A stretch of 64,000 nucleotides of DNA from Azolla caroliniana (lineage: Eukaryota > Plantae > Polypodiophyta). The DNA lies in contig JBHGNT010000017.1 of NCBI GenBank assembly GCA_043228905.1, forward strand, positions 9,796,001 to 9,860,000, read 5' to 3'. Shown here in pieces: positions 62,901 through 64,000 of this stretch. Under the pieces are notes generated by a model. It did not search any database and was not told the DNA's origin. It saw only the letters and a list, made by a program, of their open reading frames with translations. Numbering within the stretch: the first letter of the stretch is position 1; the number at the start of each line of letters is the position of its first letter. The position numbers and the translations under genes were made by a program.

Positions 62901-64000
62901 AGTCCTTGCTTCCTAGGTTCACTTCGTCGAGCTGGGATGCTTTTACTCGTTGGGAAACGACCATTTCCCGTTCCAACGCTTCCTGTGCTTGCCGTAATTC
63001 CCGAATCGCATCTTTGTCTGGTTCGGCTTCGGTTTCGTCCCGCTGCGGCAAGTATGGCACTACGGCTTCAGCCACGTCAATCTCGAAGAGTGGTACGATC
63101 TTCGGGTGTTCCTCCAAGTACTGGGCTTCTTCGTCGTCTGCCAACCCTTCAAGCATGTTCACACATTCCGCATACAGCGGTGTGCATTCCTTACCGTTGC
63201 TCGTCCGTGGTTGTGTCGGTACCCGGACCTTGGCTTTTCCGCGCCGGAAGGTAATCATATTTTTCCGCCAATTTTGCTTGATGTGTGCTGTTTTCAACCA
63301 TGGTCTGCCCAGCAATAGTGGGTACGCGCCTTGCGCCTGTAGCTGCAGCACTACAGCCGAGATGTGAAATGTGTGACCTCCTATGGTGACTTCCAATTTC
63401 CGTATTAAGCCCGTCGGCCGTACAGAGCTCGTATCCGCCATCCGTAGCCAGAACGGACATGGCTCCCATTCATGTATACCCACGGCATCGCACGTGCGGA
63501 GGCTTATTACGTTCACCCCGGAACCTCCATCGATTACTGTGCCGGGAAGTTCGTGCCCTTTGACAATAGCTGTAATCGCCGGACTACTAGTGTCCACCAC
63601 TGTCGGTCCCTCCTCCGGATTCGAGAAGAGGACTGGTGCCGGTGGGGCTATACCGTCTGTCATGCCCGTTTTTAGTCCTTCCGTAAATCGGGGCACGAGC
63701 TGCAAGAGTCTTCCTAACGGCAACGTGATCTGACATTCTTGCAGTGCTTGCCATGTCTCGTTTTCTGGGTGGCTACCGCCGGCACTCCCTATGGTATTCG
63801 CCTTTTGCCGTTCCGCGTCCGCGACGTTCCTTTCATTGGCTTCCTTCACCCATTCCGTCGCCTGTTTTCGTATGGCCTCTTGTGTTTCCCACTCTTTGGC
63901 CATGCCTTTCGACCGTGTGGTTACTTGCTGTATATCCGCCACTTCCGGAACCACCATATTAACTGCTGGTCGTTTCTCGTAGCTCTTTACCGGGCACTGG
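59968..64000 (-). pseudogene. pol: pol of I (protease-RT-RNase H-integrase) with a single in-frame TAA at 62899-62901
   Basis: ORFs 62899..63957 and 59968..62871 in the same frame. Confidence 0.92.

Larger units (their letters stand above)
56445..64000 (-). mobile_element. Element I: second copy of the H-family gypsy, 5' end outside window
   Basis: 3' LTR 56445-56862 matches the H LTR; pol and ORF2 colinear with H. Confidence 0.96.

Noticed and set aside
1-64000. Numerous short overlapping or antisense ORFs in the track as host genes
   Set aside because: They are alternate frames of GC-rich retrotransposon coding sequence with no independent motifs.

Overview
This is a repeat-saturated plant genomic window, almost entirely LTR retrotransposons, and I can see no intact host gene. 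Matching 5-bp target-site duplications (TSDs) resolve a six-level nest. A decayed transposase-like ORF (7515-7923, resuming at 54604) is split by copia C (7924-54598). C contains non-autonomous gypsy D (11233-52822), which contains copia E (15005-52461). E contains copia F (16240-21640) and copia G (22715-49256). G contains gypsy H (27002-36915) and copia J (38093-49062), and J contains its own relative K (40974-45925) in the opposite orientation. Outside the nest are copia A inserted into copia B (left edge), a Pro-rich 84-bp tandem repeat, an LTR-less copia fragment carrying a TA..TA solo LTR, a (CT)n-spaced minisatellite, and a second, nearly intact copy (I) of the H gypsy running off the right edge. 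The most unusual signals are: (1) a copia lineage whose pol frame continues about 175 codons past RNase H into the LTR, with a duplicated polypurine tract (PPT) and a hairpin around the functional PPT; (2) an ~880-aa sense extra ORF in the gypsy; (3) an in-frame tandem duplication of zinc knuckle plus protease; (4) strong CCGG enrichment. All coordinates and counts were read by hand. Lineage names are inferences; no database search was run.
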